Counted from the first letter of the stretch, positions 49,942 to 60,366 are shown. The stretch: 64,000 bases of DNA from Thermoplasmatota archaeon (GCA_041601615.1 JBFIHX010000009.1:30182-94181), one strand, 5' to 3'. Numbers and translations are program-made. Notes: generated from the sequence alone by a model not told the origin.

Positions 49942-50078
49942 AGCGTAATCAGCATCTCGGTCAGCATGTCTTCGAACACGGTGTTCTTGAACTCCTTCTC
50001 GCCCGAGTCCGTCTCGGTGCGGGCGATGAAGTGGTGGCCGTCCTTGGTGATCTCGATTTGGCACAGCAGGTGGCTCAT
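49914..50078 (-). CDS. 54-aa hypothetical protein (not in the ORF track)
   Basis: MSHLLCQIEITKDGHHFIARTETDSGEKEFKNTVFEDMLTEMLITLQEQLVDKV; strong GC3 codon bias. Confidence 0.75.
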   Translation of the reverse strand: MSHLLCQIEITKDGHHFIARTETDSGEKEFKNTVFEDMLTEMLITLQEQLVDKV

Positions 50079-50105
50079 ACGGAGTCTTCTGACCCCGCCC
50101 CTGAT

Positions 50106-50801
50106 TTAGCGTTTTTGCGACCGTTGGTTGATGGCGTTGGGTGCGCGCACGCGGCTGGTTGGGCCGTCGCCTTTGCGGTTCGCGGGCGCCCCTCGGCGTC
50201 GGACACCCATGAAATCACCGGGGCGCATGTCGCTGGGTGCGGCGTCGCAGAAGGCGCGGCGGACGTTGCGGGCAAGCAGGAATCCCTTGTGGATGGTGCG
50301 GTTCATGTCGCTCTTGAGGGTCTTGATTGCCATGAGGCGGCCGTCGGATTCGTAGACTTCACCAATTTGGACCGGGTGGTCGGGGTCCATGCGGATCTCG
50401 AAGCTCGTGGTTTTGTCGCCTTCGTTGAGGCTGAGTTTGAGGGTGACGGCGTTGAACACTTTGGCTTGGACCAGTTTGAGGTCAGAGGCGCGGGCCTTGG
50501 TGTGTTTTCCCTCTGCGATGGCTTCGAGGCCAGTGACGAGCATGCGGTCGCCTTCCAGTTCAAATTCGTAGCCTACTGCGATTTCGTCGTCGCTGGCGGT
50601 TTCTAGGAACGTGGACCAGGAGATTTTGTCGTTGCTGACAACGAGGGGGAGGCGCATGATGCGCATGCGCGGCGGGCTGAAGGTGCGCACCGTGCTGCAA
50701 TCCTGGCATTGCACAGTGACACTGGCGTCCGTCGTTTTGAGGACGTCGTGGTCCGTGTCGTCCCCACAGGTGGGGCAGTCGGTGTTCACGGTCTCGTCCA
50801 T
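50106..50801 (-). CDS. HVO_0476 family archaeal zinc-finger protein
   Basis: CPTC...HDVLK...CQDC; VGYEF, VTGLE. Confidence 0.88.
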   Translation of the reverse strand: MDETVNTDCPTCGDDTDHDVLKTTDASVTVQCQDCSTVRTFSPPRMRIMRLPLVVSNDKISWSTFLETASDDEIAVGYEFELEGDRMLVTGLEAIAEGKHTKARASDLKLVQAKVFNAVTLKLSLNEGDKTTSFEIRMDPDHPVQIGEVYESDGRLMAIKTLKSDMNRTIHKGFLLARNVRRAFCDAAPSDMRPGDFMGVRRRGAPANRKGDGPTSRVRAPNAINQRSQKR

Positions 50802-50909
50802 GACCCGTCCGACCCGAGGTGCCCGATAAACCTACGCCTGGGTGCGTCCTGGTGGTTTGGTGCCGTGGCGAGGCGCGAAGTGGCCTCGTCCAGGCCGCTG
50901 TGCCAGGTC

Positions 50910-51098
50910 CTAGGCTTGCTTGCGAAGGTAGGGAAGGCCCGTGCGCTTGTTGACGGCCACGGCGTATCCTTCGGGCAATTCCACGGGCGCACCGCTTTTG
51001 GGTGCGCGTCGGCTGAAAAAGTAGATGACCTGCTTGTGGCCGCCTTTGAGCGCCACTTCGCGGGCGTGCAGCGTGTACCCGTCTTGTTCGTAGGCCAT
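50910..51098 (-). CDS. Small basic conserved protein
   Basis: YTLHAREVALKGG...IYFFS...LPEGYAV...RTGLPYLRK. Confidence 0.8.
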   Translation of the reverse strand: MAYEQDGYTLHAREVALKGGHKQVIYFFSRRAPKSGAPVELPEGYAVAVNKRTGLPYLRKQA

Positions 51099-51274
51099 GG
51101 GCGGGGAGTGGGGCAAGGGGGATTTGAGGGGTGCGGGTCGATATTTCGGCTATGCGGTGAACGACCCCCCGTGCGTGCTACCTTGAGCATTTCTCTGCTA
51201 GATTCGATCCTAACAACCTCACTCCACAATGCCCCAAGTCGAAAAATCCATTACTTGCAGGTACATCTATTTCT

Positions 51275-51538
51275 GTGGCTCGAGACGAACACAGACTGGC
51301 TCTCAAGACTTGGGTGCTAGATATTCTAGAACAACGAGGGGGGCGGGCCCAATTGGTGGATGTTGCGCGCGACATTTGGGCCAATCACGAGCAGGAGCTT
51401 CGCTGTATGGACCATTTGTTCTATACCTGGCAATACGATATGCGCTGGGCTGCCACCGTTCTTCGAAAGGAGGGGCGAATGGCACCATCGCAGAAAGGCA
51501 CACGATCCATCTGGAGCCTGGCCCCCGGAAGCCTCTGA
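51275..51538 (+). CDS. Stand-alone Mrr N-terminal-like wHTH protein
   Basis: WVLDILEQRGG...YTWQYDMRWAATVLRKEG...IWSL. Confidence 0.65.
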   Translation: MARDEHRLALKTWVLDILEQRGGRAQLVDVARDIWANHEQELRCMDHLFYTWQYDMRWAATVLRKEGRMAPSQKGTRSIWSLAPGSL

Positions 51539-51612
51539 GTCCGCGCTAGAGGAACTCGCCACCGTATGGGGCCCAATTGGCCTATCAGGTGATATTGCGG
51601 GCTGAAACAGCG

Positions 51613-52611
51613 TCAGTCTCGAATCCCCGCCTCGCTCACATTCACCACCGCTTCCCCTTCGGGAAGGTGCGGCGAGTCGATAAGGCGGCAAATGCGCCGT
51701 CCGCCCTTGGATTTGCGTAGGTAGATGCGGAAGGTGCTGGTGTGGCCAACGATGTGGCCTCCGATGGCGCGGGTGGGGTCGCCAAAGAAGGCGTCGGGCT
51801 TGGCTGCGACCTGGTTGGTGACCACCACTGCGGCGTTGTGCAGGCCGCCGAGGCGTTGCAAGTCGTGCATGTGGCGGTTGAGTTTCTGTTGGCGGTCCGC
51901 AAGCGTTCCCCGTCCGACATATTCGGCTCGGAAGTGAGCGGTCAGGCTGTCGACGACGATGAGGCGAATGGGGTACTTGCGGCACAGCTCCGCTGCCTTC
52001 TCCACCAGGAGCATTTGGTGGTTGCTGTTGTAGGCGCGGGCGACGTGGATGTGCTCCAGGGTTTCCTGTTCGTCCATGCCCCAGGCATCGGCCATTTGTT
52101 CAATGCGCTCGGGCCGGAACGTGTTTTCTGTGTCGATGTAGATGGCGTGGCCTGCGAGTCCGCCGTCCTCGACTGCGCGCTGGACATTGACACAGAGCTG
52201 GTGGGCAAATTGTGTCTTGCAGGATCCAAATTCGCCAAAGAACTCCGTGATGGCGTTGGTTTCGATGCCGCCACCCATGAGTTCGTCAAAGCTCTGGCTG
52301 CCGGTGTGGATTTTGCTCACAAGCCTGCGCCGGGCGCGCACCTCGACGCCGGTCTCGAAGCCGCCCACGTCTGCAAGCTTGCGCGCGGAATTGATGAGTT
52401 TCTGCGCCACGGCTTCGCTGATGTCTGCGCGCTCGGCGACATCGGCGGGGCTTGCCACGGCCATGGCCAATAGGTCTTCGAGGCCCGATTCTCGAAGTCG
52501 TTGCGCGGTGGCGGGGCCAACACCAGGAAGATCTTCGACGCTCAGGCGGACCGGTGGTTCCTGGGCGACTTCCGAGACGGGCTCGTCATCCATGCTGGCT
52601 CCAGTGTCCAT
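51613..52611 (-). CDS. radA: DNA repair and recombination protein RadA
   Basis: N-terminal HhH; GEFGSCKT; [13 protein letters not shown]; [16 protein letters not shown]; DSPHLPEGE. Confidence 0.97.
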   Translation of the reverse strand: MDTGASMDDEPVSEVAQEPPVRLSVEDLPGVGPATAQRLRESGLEDLLAMAVASPADVAERADISEAVAQKLINSARKLADVGGFETGVEVRARRRLVSKIHTGSQSFDELMGGGIETNAITEFFGEFGSCKTQFAHQLCVNVQRAVEDGGLAGHAIYIDTENTFRPERIEQMADAWGMDEQETLEHIHVARAYNSNHQMLLVEKAAELCRKYPIRLIVVDSLTAHFRAEYVGRGTLADRQQKLNRHMHDLQRLGGLHNAAVVVTNQVAAKPDAFFGDPTRAIGGHIVGHTSTFRIYLRKSKGGRRICRLIDSPHLPEGEAVVNVSEAGIRD

Positions 52612-52637
52612 ACCTAGGCTCCGGGATGAAGGTGCGC

Positions 52638-53912
52638 TTACCGGCGCTTGGGCGCGTCCACGCCCCGGCGTTCCAGCAATGCGTCGATCTTCTGTGGATC
52701 GTAGGTGGGTTTGCGCTTGATGCGGCGCTCAATGGTCTTCTTGACCGGAACCAACTCTTCGACCTCGCGCACGACGGTCTTGACCTTGCCTTGCTCCGTG
52801 CGGCGGGTGGACTCGGTTCGGCGCTCGGCGCGGCGCGCCTCACGAGCTTCTTCCCGCTCGTCTTTGGCGCGCAGACGTGCTTCGAGCTTCTCGGCCTTGT
52901 CGTCGCCGCTGGAGCTGCGTTTCTGGGCCTTGGCGTGGCGCGCTTCGAGTTTTGCCTGCATCTTCTGGGCTTCGGCGCGGGCCTTGGCCTCGGCTGCACG
53001 GCGCTTTTCGAGTGCCTTCTCGGCTTTGCGGGTCTCCTTCTCGGCTTGTTTGCGAGCGGCGACCTCTTCCTTGCCCTGCTTGACGCCGACGGCCTCTTGG
53101 GCCTTCACGTGCGCCTTGGCGTGCTGCTCGGATGCGGCTGCCTCTTGCTTGCGGCGCTGGTGCGCGGCTTTCTCCTCGTGGAGTGCGGCGCGGCTGGCGG
53201 CGCGGGCGGCTTTTGCTTCGGCGGCTTGGCTGGCTTTCTCTTCAGCCCGTGCAGCTTTGGCTTCTCGCCGCTCCGTCTTCGCGGCGGCCTTCGTGGCGCG
53301 GCGTTTGGCGCGGGCGTCGGGCCCAGCATCAGGGGACACGGATTCTTCGGCGCCGGCCGGGGCTGGTTTGAGGGCGGCTTTGTGCGCGTCTGCCTTGGCT
53401 TGCTTTTTTGCAGCCTTGGCCGCCGCTGAAGCTTGCTTTCGAGCCTGGGCCTGTTCTTGGGCCTCGGCGTTCTTTGCGGCCTTCGCTTCGAGCTTGGCGC
53501 GCTTGGCAAGTGCCTTTTGATCGGCTTTTTCGGCCTTGGCCTCGCCTGCATCGGCGTCGTTTTCTTTCGCCTCAGCGGCCACGGGCATCTTTGCTTTGGA
53601 TTCGACGCGCTTGGCTTCTTTGCGGGCGCGCTTTTCGGCTCGTGCTTCTTCGGCAGCTTCCCGTTTGGCAAATGCGCGGGCCTGCTTGTCTGCCTTGGCG
53701 TCCGGCAAGGGCTCCGAGGCCTCTGCGGGGGGTGCTGCGGAAGCTTTGGCCGCCTTCTTTTCGGCCTTCTTTTCGGCAGTCTTGGCCGCAGCGTGCGCTT
53801 TGTGCTCGGCCTTCTGGGCGACGCGGCGCTCCTTCTCGGCTTGCTTGTCGGCCGCCTTGTGGGCGCGTGCCTGCGCCTTCGCCTCTGCCTTGTCCGCCTT
53901 CGTGGTCGTCAT
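52638..53912 (-). CDS. Ala/Lys/Glu/Arg-rich low-complexity protein
   Basis: 424-aa ORF; ATGA-coupled to the upstream gene; short ordered C-terminus. Confidence 0.75.
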   Translation of the reverse strand: MTTTKADKAEAKAQARAHKAADKQAEKERRVAQKAEHKAHAAAKTAEKKAEKKAAKASAAPPAEASEPLPDAKADKQARAFAKREAAEEARAEKRARKEAKRVESKAKMPVAAEAKENDADAGEAKAEKADQKALAKRAKLEAKAAKNAEAQEQAQARKQASAAAKAAKKQAKADAHKAALKPAPAGAEESVSPDAGPDARAKRRATKAAAKTERREAKAARAEEKASQAAEAKAARAASRAALHEEKAAHQRRKQEAAASEQHAKAHVKAQEAVGVKQGKEEVAARKQAEKETRKAEKALEKRRAAEAKARAEAQKMQAKLEARHAKAQKRSSSGDDKAEKLEARLRAKDEREEAREARRAERRTESTRRTEQGKVKTVVREVEELVPVKKTIERRIKRKPTYDPQKIDALLERRGVDAPKRR

Positions 53913-56521
53913 GAGTCTACCTGTTTTGCCGCGTTGATCCACTTCTGAACCACCTTTTCGGACAGCTTCGCCTTCGTAATCGTCACTTGCACCGAGGCTT
54001 GGTCTGCCTGGATGGTGGCATACAGGGACTCGGCATGGGCGCCCGCCAACTCCTTGGGGGACCGAATGGAGCAGCGCACAAGCGTCTCGGCCAATTGAGG
54101 CCCGACTCCATGCACCCGCATCAAGTCGGCCATGGCGTGCCAGGTCTCCAAGTGGCCCTGTGCGATGCCGGTGGCGCGCTGCAACGAGACAAGGTCCGCC
54201 GCAAGCAGCGCTTCGACCGTGGCTATGCCTTGCTCTTCGAGGGAGGCCGCATATTTGGGCCCGACGCCTTCGAGGTCGATGATGGGGGTGCCTTTGCTGG
54301 CTTCACTGGCCGGTTTCTTGGCGAACGTAAGTTTGTCCGTGAGCGGGGTCGCGCCCTTGGTCTTGAGCGACTGGACGCGCTGGGCAAGGGCTGCCTTCTT
54401 TGCCGCTTCGGACGCCTTGGCCTCGGCGAGTTTCTTGACTGCAATGGCCCGGTCCTTCAAGGAAGGCTTGGCGCGGCCCTCGGTTGTGATCAAATCCGAA
54501 TCCTTGGGCGCCTTTGCACTTGCCGAATCCGCGGCCGGCTTTGCTTTGGCGTGCTCGGCTTTGCTTGCGGCGCGGCGGGCGCGGGCGTCGTCCTTGCGGC
54601 GCTTGGCTTCCTCTTTTTGGGCCGCCAATCGATCCTTGCGCTCCTGCTCCTTCCGTTCTTGTTCTTCCTTCTGGCGCTGGCGCGTCTCGCGTCGCAGGTC
54701 CGAGGCGCCGCGCTCCTTGACCGCCTCCTCGCGGGCGGCCTCTTCTTCAATGATGGTGAATCCCGACTTGGTCTTGTACGGCTCGCCAGGGCGGTGGCCA
54801 AAGACATGGATACGCTCCAGCTCCTTGGCGTCATCCTCCGGCAACCGCTCCAAGACAGAACGACCATCCGGCAAGCGCGCGGCAGGCTTGGCCTGTGGGG
54901 TGTCCTCTTCGACCTTCTCAAACAAGCTGCGGCCGTCGGCCAGTCGTGGCTTGGACTCCTCGCGACGAGTGTCGCCGTCGAGGCGAGAGAAGGGACTGCG
55001 GCCATCCACGAGACGGAATGATAGAGAGTCTTCAGCTCGCACGCGAGCAAAACGGCGCCCATCGGCTTCGGCAGCGCTCCATTTGTCGGGTTTCTCGTAG
55101 CCCGTGCCCTGCTCGACGGACTTGATCCACACAGGGTCCAAGACGTGTTCGATGGGAATGCCTTGGGCTACGGCCTTCTTCCACGGGGTGCCCTCACGCA
55201 GGTCCCGTTCGCGCTCGGCTTCCAGGAGACGGCGGCGTTCTTCCAGGCGTCGCTGGCGCTCGCTGCGTTCCTGTTCGCGCAGCGCAGCTTTGTCTGCCTT
55301 CTCTGGCTTCTCCGAGTCTCCTGATTTGTCCGCCTTCGCGGCCTTCTCGGATTTTGGTCGAATGCCTCGGCGACGATTGGTTCCAGACGCATCCGGATCC
55401 ATGCCCTTCTCGCGCAATTTTTCGGCCTTCTCGGCCTCCTTCTCGGCGCGCAATCGCTCGCGTTCCTCAGCCTTCTCAGCCTTGGCCTGCTCGCGCTCGG
55501 CCGCCTTCAGAGCCTTCTCATGCTCCTTTTCGGCAAGCAGACGCTCCTTCTCCTGTTGCTTCTCGCGAAGAGCCCGCTCCTTTTCGACGCGCTCGCGCTC
55601 AAGTTCCTCCGCCTTGCGCTTTGCTTCGGTTTCGGCTGCGGCCTTCGCCTCGATGGCTTTGCGGTGCTCCTCTTCGGCTTTTGCCCGATCCGCCGCACGC
55701 ATCGCTTCGGCACGTTCGGGGTCCTTGATGGCGACTTTGAGAATCACCGCTTCTCGCGCTTCGTCGCGGCGCTTTTGCTGATCGGCACGCACCGCTTCCA
55801 GCTCGGCGTACCGCGCCTGCCGGTGCTCCTCAATGATCTTGTCCTTCTGGCCAACCTTTTGCAACCGCGCTTCTTGGGCCGCCTTGCGCTTGGCGTTCTT
55901 GGCCTCCTTGGCAGCAGCGGCAGCGGCGTCCTTGGCATCCTGTTTGGCCTTGGCCGCGTCGGCCTTGGCCTGCTTCTTTGCGGCTTCCGCGTCTTCCTTT
56001 GCCTTCTGCTTAGCCGCCACCTTGGCAGCGGCAGCGTCTGCCTTGGCCTGCTTCTTGTCGCCCTTACCCGCACTCTTGACGGATTCCTTCGCCGCCGCTT
56101 GGGCAGCCTTCGCCTCGGCCTTGGCGCGTGCCTTGGCGTCCTTGACGGCGTTGTCCTTCTTGGGTTTGGGTTGCTTGGCTGGCTTTTCGGCCTTTGCCGG
56201 CTTGGGTTTCTTGGCGGGTTTGCTGGAGGCCTCGCGCTTTGCCAGCTTCTCGGCGCGCCGGGATTCGGCCCCTGCTTGGGACCTGGCCTTGGCCTCCGCC
56301 TTTGCTTGCTCCTTGGCAGCCTTGGCTTCGGCTTTCACGCGCTCTTTTTCCTCGCGCTCGGCCTGCTTGATGGCCGCCTGGGCGGCGCGCTCTGCCTCAT
56401 CGGGCTTGGATGCGGACTTGGAGGCCTTCGCGGGTGCCTTGGGCGCTGCTTGGGCCTTCGCTTGCTTCGCTTTCGCCTCAGCAATGAGTCGCTGAAGATC
56501 CTCCGGGGACAGTCCGCTCAC
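53909..56521 (-). CDS. Large charged low-complexity protein with C-terminal DUF4332-like tandem HhH domain
   Basis: IIDLEGVGPKYAASL...ADLMRVHGVGPQLAETL...VVQKWINAAK. Confidence 0.85.
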   Translation of the reverse strand: MSGLSPEDLQRLIAEAKAKQAKAQAAPKAPAKASKSASKPDEAERAAQAAIKQAEREEKERVKAEAKAAKEQAKAEAKARSQAGAESRRAEKLAKREASSKPAKKPKPAKAEKPAKQPKPKKDNAVKDAKARAKAEAKAAQAAAKESVKSAGKGDKKQAKADAAAAKVAAKQKAKEDAEAAKKQAKADAAKAKQDAKDAAAAAAKEAKNAKRKAAQEARLQKVGQKDKIIEEHRQARYAELEAVRADQQKRRDEAREAVILKVAIKDPERAEAMRAADRAKAEEEHRKAIEAKAAAETEAKRKAEELERERVEKERALREKQQEKERLLAEKEHEKALKAAEREQAKAEKAEERERLRAEKEAEKAEKLREKGMDPDASGTNRRRGIRPKSEKAAKADKSGDSEKPEKADKAALREQERSERQRRLEERRRLLEAERERDLREGTPWKKAVAQGIPIEHVLDPVWIKSVEQGTGYEKPDKWSAAEADGRRFARVRAEDSLSFRLVDGRSPFSRLDGDTRREESKPRLADGRSLFEKVEEDTPQAKPAARLPDGRSVLERLPEDDAKELERIHVFGHRPGEPYKTKSGFTIIEEEAAREEAVKERGASDLRRETRQRQKEEQERKEQERKDRLAAQKEEAKRRKDDARARRAASKAEHAKAKPAADSASAKAPKDSDLITTEGRAKPSLKDRAIAVKKLAEAKASEAAKKAALAQRVQSLKTKGATPLTDKLTFAKKPASEASKGTPIIDLEGVGPKYAASLEEQGIATVEALLAADLVSLQRATGIAQGHLETWHAMADLMRVHGVGPQLAETLVRCSIRSPKELAGAHAESLYATIQADQASVQVTITKAKLSEKVVQKWINAAKQVDS

Positions 56522-58317
56522 GCGCCACCGCCCTGCATTCGCACGAACAACGCTTGGGCATCCTCTTGCGCGAGGTCTTCAAGGCTCCGGATGCCGGCCT
56601 TGACCAACACGAGTGCCGCAGATTCCTCAATCGAGAGCTCCTTGGCAAGCCGCTTGGCCACTTTTTGATCCTCCTTCTCTTGTCGTGCCGCCTCCACCTT
56701 TGCTGCCTTGGCCTGTTGCGCTGCGGCGTGGTCCACGGGGGCAGGTGCGGGCTTGGCGGGCTTCTGGGGTTTGGCGGGCTTGGCCTCCGCGCTTGGCTTA
56801 GTTGGCGTAGCTGGCTTGTCAGCCTTTGCGGCGGCTTTCGCTTCCGCTTCCTCGGTCCGCTTGGCCCGTTTTGCCTCCATTGCCGCCGTTTTGGCAGCAC
56901 GGGCCGCCGCTTGCTCCTCGCTGCGCTTGCGGGCCGCTTCCGCCTTTGCTTCGCGCAAAGCCGCCTTGTCGGGAGCGTCGGCGCGAACCTTTGCAGGCTT
57001 GGCTGCGGGGACCTTCTTTGCTTTCGGTTCCTTTTGGCGCTTCGATTCCGCCGCCGCCTGCTTTTGGGCACGGGCGTCCACCTTGGCCGCGAGGGCCGCT
57101 TGGCGTTTGGCTTCCTTGGCCGCTCGCTTTTCGCGCTTGGCTTGGGTTCGGTCCGGTTCACCAGGCGCCAGCAGCAACAATCGGCTGTGGCACTTGGGGC
57201 ACGTCACGCGGCGTTTGCCTGCGGGGGCGTTGAAGGGATGTTCGCAGTGGGCGCACACAATGGGCTCCACGGCGGGGCGGGCGCGAAGCGGTTTGGCGGG
57301 CCCTGCTTCTTCCTGTTGCGCGGTTTTGGCTCGCTGCGCCTTGGCGTGGCGCTCGACGCGCTGCTTATTGGACGCCTCCTTGCGTTTGGCCGCCTCATCC
57401 AATCGTGCTTGCTTGGTAGCCTCTGCGGCTTGCTGCTTGGCCTTGGATTCGGCGGCGCGCTTGGCCACCGCATCAAGGCGCGCTTGCCGTTTTGCTTCGG
57501 CTTCGGTTGCCCGCTTGGCTTGCAATGCTTCGGCTTCCTTCCGACGCGCCTCCGCTGCCGCTTTTTTGCGTTGCGCGACATCGTCTTGGCTCGGCGGGGT
57601 CACGGCTGGCTTGGCGTCGAGTTTTGCCTGGGGTGCCGAATGTTGCTTCGTGAGCTTTGCCTCGGGCTTCGCAGCCGGTTTTGCCGCAGCATTTGCCGAG
57701 GGCTTTTCCGAAGGCTTGGCTGGAGACGGCTTCGGTTTCGCCTTGGCCTGGGTCGCGGCGGCACGTCGTGCCTCGCGCTCCTTCTGGATTCGAATCTTTT
57801 CGTCGTTGCGGGCGCGCTCTCGTTTGCGCAGGGCCGCTTGCTTTGCTGCCGCAGCTTGCGCACGTTCGGCGTCCGCTCGGACCTTCTCTTGCTTCTTGCG
57901 CTGAAGTTCCGCGACGCGGAAACGCTCCCGAGCCTCCTTTTCGGTGGCCTGGATTGCTGCCAACTCCGCGGCGCGGCGTTCGCGCTCTGCCTTCCGGTGG
58001 AGCCTCTCGGCTTCCTGGGCTTGGCGTTCTTGATCGCGCGCCTTCGCTGCCTCTGCCTCTTGCCTGGCTTTCTCATCGCGGCGCTCGGCTTCCTCGGCTT
58101 GCTTGCGCTGGCGCTCCGCAGCCTGCTGCTTGGCCGCCAGAAGTCGCCGCTCGGCTTCCTCGGCGCGGGCTGCCGCCAATGCTTCAGAGGCGCCTGGGTC
58201 GTCTTCGAATTCGAGCACAGCACCGCAGTTGGGGCAGGGCGCGGTCGCGTCGTTCGCGTTGACATCGAAGACCTGCGAACACTCAGGGCAAGTCGTCTCG
58301 AAATCGGGGACGGTCAA
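56518..58317 (-). CDS. Zn-ribbon / charged low-complexity / HhH-like protein
   Basis: CPEC..CPNC and CAHC..CPKC; C-terminal AALVLVKAGIRSLEDLA; GTGA-coupled to the next gene. Confidence 0.82.
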   Translation of the reverse strand: MTVPDFETTCPECSQVFDVNANDATAPCPNCGAVLEFEDDPGASEALAAARAEEAERRLLAAKQQAAERQRKQAEEAERRDEKARQEAEAAKARDQERQAQEAERLHRKAERERRAAELAAIQATEKEARERFRVAELQRKKQEKVRADAERAQAAAAKQAALRKRERARNDEKIRIQKEREARRAAATQAKAKPKPSPAKPSEKPSANAAAKPAAKPEAKLTKQHSAPQAKLDAKPAVTPPSQDDVAQRKKAAAEARRKEAEALQAKRATEAEAKRQARLDAVAKRAAESKAKQQAAEATKQARLDEAAKRKEASNKQRVERHAKAQRAKTAQQEEAGPAKPLRARPAVEPIVCAHCEHPFNAPAGKRRVTCPKCHSRLLLLAPGEPDRTQAKREKRAAKEAKRQAALAAKVDARAQKQAAAESKRQKEPKAKKVPAAKPAKVRADAPDKAALREAKAEAARKRSEEQAAARAAKTAAMEAKRAKRTEEAEAKAAAKADKPATPTKPSAEAKPAKPQKPAKPAPAPVDHAAAQQAKAAKVEAARQEKEDQKVAKRLAKELSIEESAALVLVKAGIRSLEDLAQEDAQALFVRMQGGGA

Positions 58318-58390
58318 GGAGGGGACCTCTAAGCGGCGGCGCAGGAACCCGATGCAAGAAAAGGGCTCCGAAGGCGCAGGCCGGCCTAGG

Positions 58391-58840
58391 TTACGATTCT
58401 AGGAGGGTTGCAAGCGTTGCCAAGGCCCGCTCGCGGCCTGCCGGGTGGACCTCCACGCGCAGGCGCACCTGCACGGCGTCCTCGCCTCGAGTCGGCACAA
58501 TGCGCCCCTGGCACGCGGCTTGTTTCTCAAAACGCAGGTACAGGACCCCGTCGTCGTCCACGCGTTGTTCCAGTTCCGCCATGAGCTTGGCGCGGCCGGC
58601 GGCGGAATCTGGAAGCAACTGGGCAAGAGCGGTGCGAACCTCGCGGGACCGGGTCAACTCCGCCTCCACCCACACCACATCGGAGAAGTGACCCTCGATG
58701 ACGGTGCGGGTGCAGGCGGCGTCGAATGCGTCCGGTTCGAGGCCCGACAGGTGGCGTACGGCGCTCGCGACCAGATCCACGTCCTCCGTGGCGTGGGCGG
58801 TGGCGCGAAGCCTCAGCCAGTGGTATCGGATCGGGTTCAC
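58391..58840 (-). CDS. DUF54/RNA-binding domain protein (archaeal)
   Basis: ATAHATED, EGHF, LYLRFEKQAA. Confidence 0.88.
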   Translation of the reverse strand: MNPIRYHWLRLRATAHATEDVDLVASAVRHLSGLEPDAFDAACTRTVIEGHFSDVVWVEAELTRSREVRTALAQLLPDSAAGRAKLMAELEQRVDDDGVLYLRFEKQAACQGRIVPTRGEDAVQVRLRVEVHPAGRERALATLATLLES

Positions 58841-59760
58841 GCAGCTGCGGCGGCCGGCTTGGCCTCGTAGTGGACCATGACCTCGATGCCGACGGGGCCG
58901 GGGCCGCTGCCCTTCTTGAGGACCATGATGTAGTACTGGGCGTTGACCGGCATCGTGCTGTTGGTGTCATCCTCGGAGGAAACATCAGTGCCTGCGTCCG
59001 AGAGCTTCGTTCCGGGGTCGCCGGGGGTGCAGATGGCGATCTCGCCGCTGCCGGAGGTGACCTTGGCGCTGATCCATTGGGCGCCCTTTTGCACCGAGAA
59101 CGAGGACTTGGCGGAGTAGGCGTTGGTGATGAGCGGCGGAGCACCACTGGAGGCGCCCGGGGCTTGGCACGTGTCGGCGCTGCCGGTGGGGGCGTTGCTG
59201 TCGAATTCGATGCTGTCGGTGGTGAGGTCGTTGACCGCGGCAGTGGCGGAGCGAATGACACCTTCGCCGTCGTCGTCGAGGACACGGACGGTAATGTTGA
59301 CGGGGCCGACGGAGTCAAAGCGCATGGTGGCGTTGACGAAGGCGCCGTTCTCGAAGAGTTGGGCGGTGCGAGTACCGTTGCTGTCTACGACCGTGAGGCC
59401 CACGAGGGAGACCACGCCATCGGGGTCCGTGCTGCCCATGGCGCTGAAGGTGATGTTCATGCCGGGAGTGATGTAGCTGGTGGCGTTGAGGACCATGCCA
59501 TCATCGGTGGTCAAGGTGAGGTTGGCCACGGGAAGTTGGTTGGGTACCACCGGTTCGTTGGTGGTGTTGCCGTCTTCGAGGTCCGGCATTTCGGTGCATT
59601 CTTCGACACTGTAGTTGAGCACGTCCGACTGGTCGCAGTGGTCGTGTTCGCCGTGCTCTTCTTCCTGATCGTCCTTCTTGGTGTCGTCTCCGAAACCAAG
59701 GCAACCGGAGAGACTGACCGTCATAAGACCCACTAGGGCCAGGAACGTAACCGCGCGCAT
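58837..59760 (-). CDS. PKD-domain lipoprotein
   Basis: LSGC lipobox; NQLPVA...TFSAMGSTDPDG...VRVLDDDG. Confidence 0.85.
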   Translation of the reverse strand: MRAVTFLALVGLMTVSLSGCLGFGDDTKKDDQEEEHGEHDHCDQSDVLNYSVEECTEMPDLEDGNTTNEPVVPNQLPVANLTLTTDDGMVLNATSYITPGMNITFSAMGSTDPDGVVSLVGLTVVDSNGTRTAQLFENGAFVNATMRFDSVGPVNITVRVLDDDGEGVIRSATAAVNDLTTDSIEFDSNAPTGSADTCQAPGASSGAPPLITNAYSAKSSFSVQKGAQWISAKVTSGSGEIAICTPGDPGTKLSDAGTDVSSEDDTNSTMPVNAQYYIMVLKKGSGPGPVGIEVMVHYEAKPAAAAA

Positions 59761-59901
59761 ACTACCATCGGCGGGGACGTGAGAACCATATAAAGGATGT
59801 GGGCGAACCGATGGCCGCCGGGGGTGTTTGAGAAATCCCTAGAGGGTGTTCTAGAACGACAGAACTGTGTGGGCCCGACGCAAAAATGCGTCGGTGAAAC
59901 C

Positions 59902-60327
59902 ATGCACAAACCCATAATCGTGGCCTCGGCCCTCCTCATGACGCTTGCATTCGTTCCAGTAGGCTCAGCATCCGAAGACTGTGAATACCATGCGGGCGTG
60001 TTTGGCGCCGGTGCAAAAACCTGCGATTCGCATGAAGATGACTGGCCCGGGTACGGCAGCGACTACGAGTCCTGGGACACTTACGGCACGACCGTGTACT
60101 TTGGCTCCACGGACGTCGTGACCGTCGGCTACTACGTGTACCAGTGCAACAACAGTGGCGGCCAGCGCTCCTGCACGGACGGCGATAGTTGGACGGACGA
60201 GCACGTCATTGTGCTCAGCGACTTTGGCGCGTCGGTGGCGCAAGGGCAGATTGGCGGGCAACCGGGTTGGCACGTGTGCTACCTGGTGGGCGGCTCCTGG
60301 AACTGCCCGATCTTCGTCAACGCTTAG
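59902..60327 (+). CDS. Small secreted Cys-containing protein
   Basis: Signal peptide ending GSA; six Cys arranged as three close pairs. Confidence 0.7.
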   Translation: MHKPIIVASALLMTLAFVPVGSASEDCEYHAGVFGAGAKTCDSHEDDWPGYGSDYESWDTYGTTVYFGSTDVVTVGYYVYQCNNSGGQRSCTDGDSWTDEHVIVLSDFGASVAQGQIGGQPGWHVCYLVGGSWNCPIFVNA

Positions 60328-60366
60328 TGATGATGCGCCCTTTTCCTGCTCTTTCTTTGTCGACGT

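Noticed and set aside
51208-51230. attC left-arm-like TCCTAACAACCTCACTCCAC
   Set aside because: Spacing is off by one and there is no convincing right arm.
52638-56521. TolA or SMC assignment for the Ala/Lys-rich proteins
   Set aside because: No TM anchor and no ATPase motifs; the similarity is compositional only.
52452-58332. Long plus-strand ORFs opposite the low-complexity genes (also opposite tldDE and DP1)
   Set aside because: Antisense shadows caused by high GC and codon bias.
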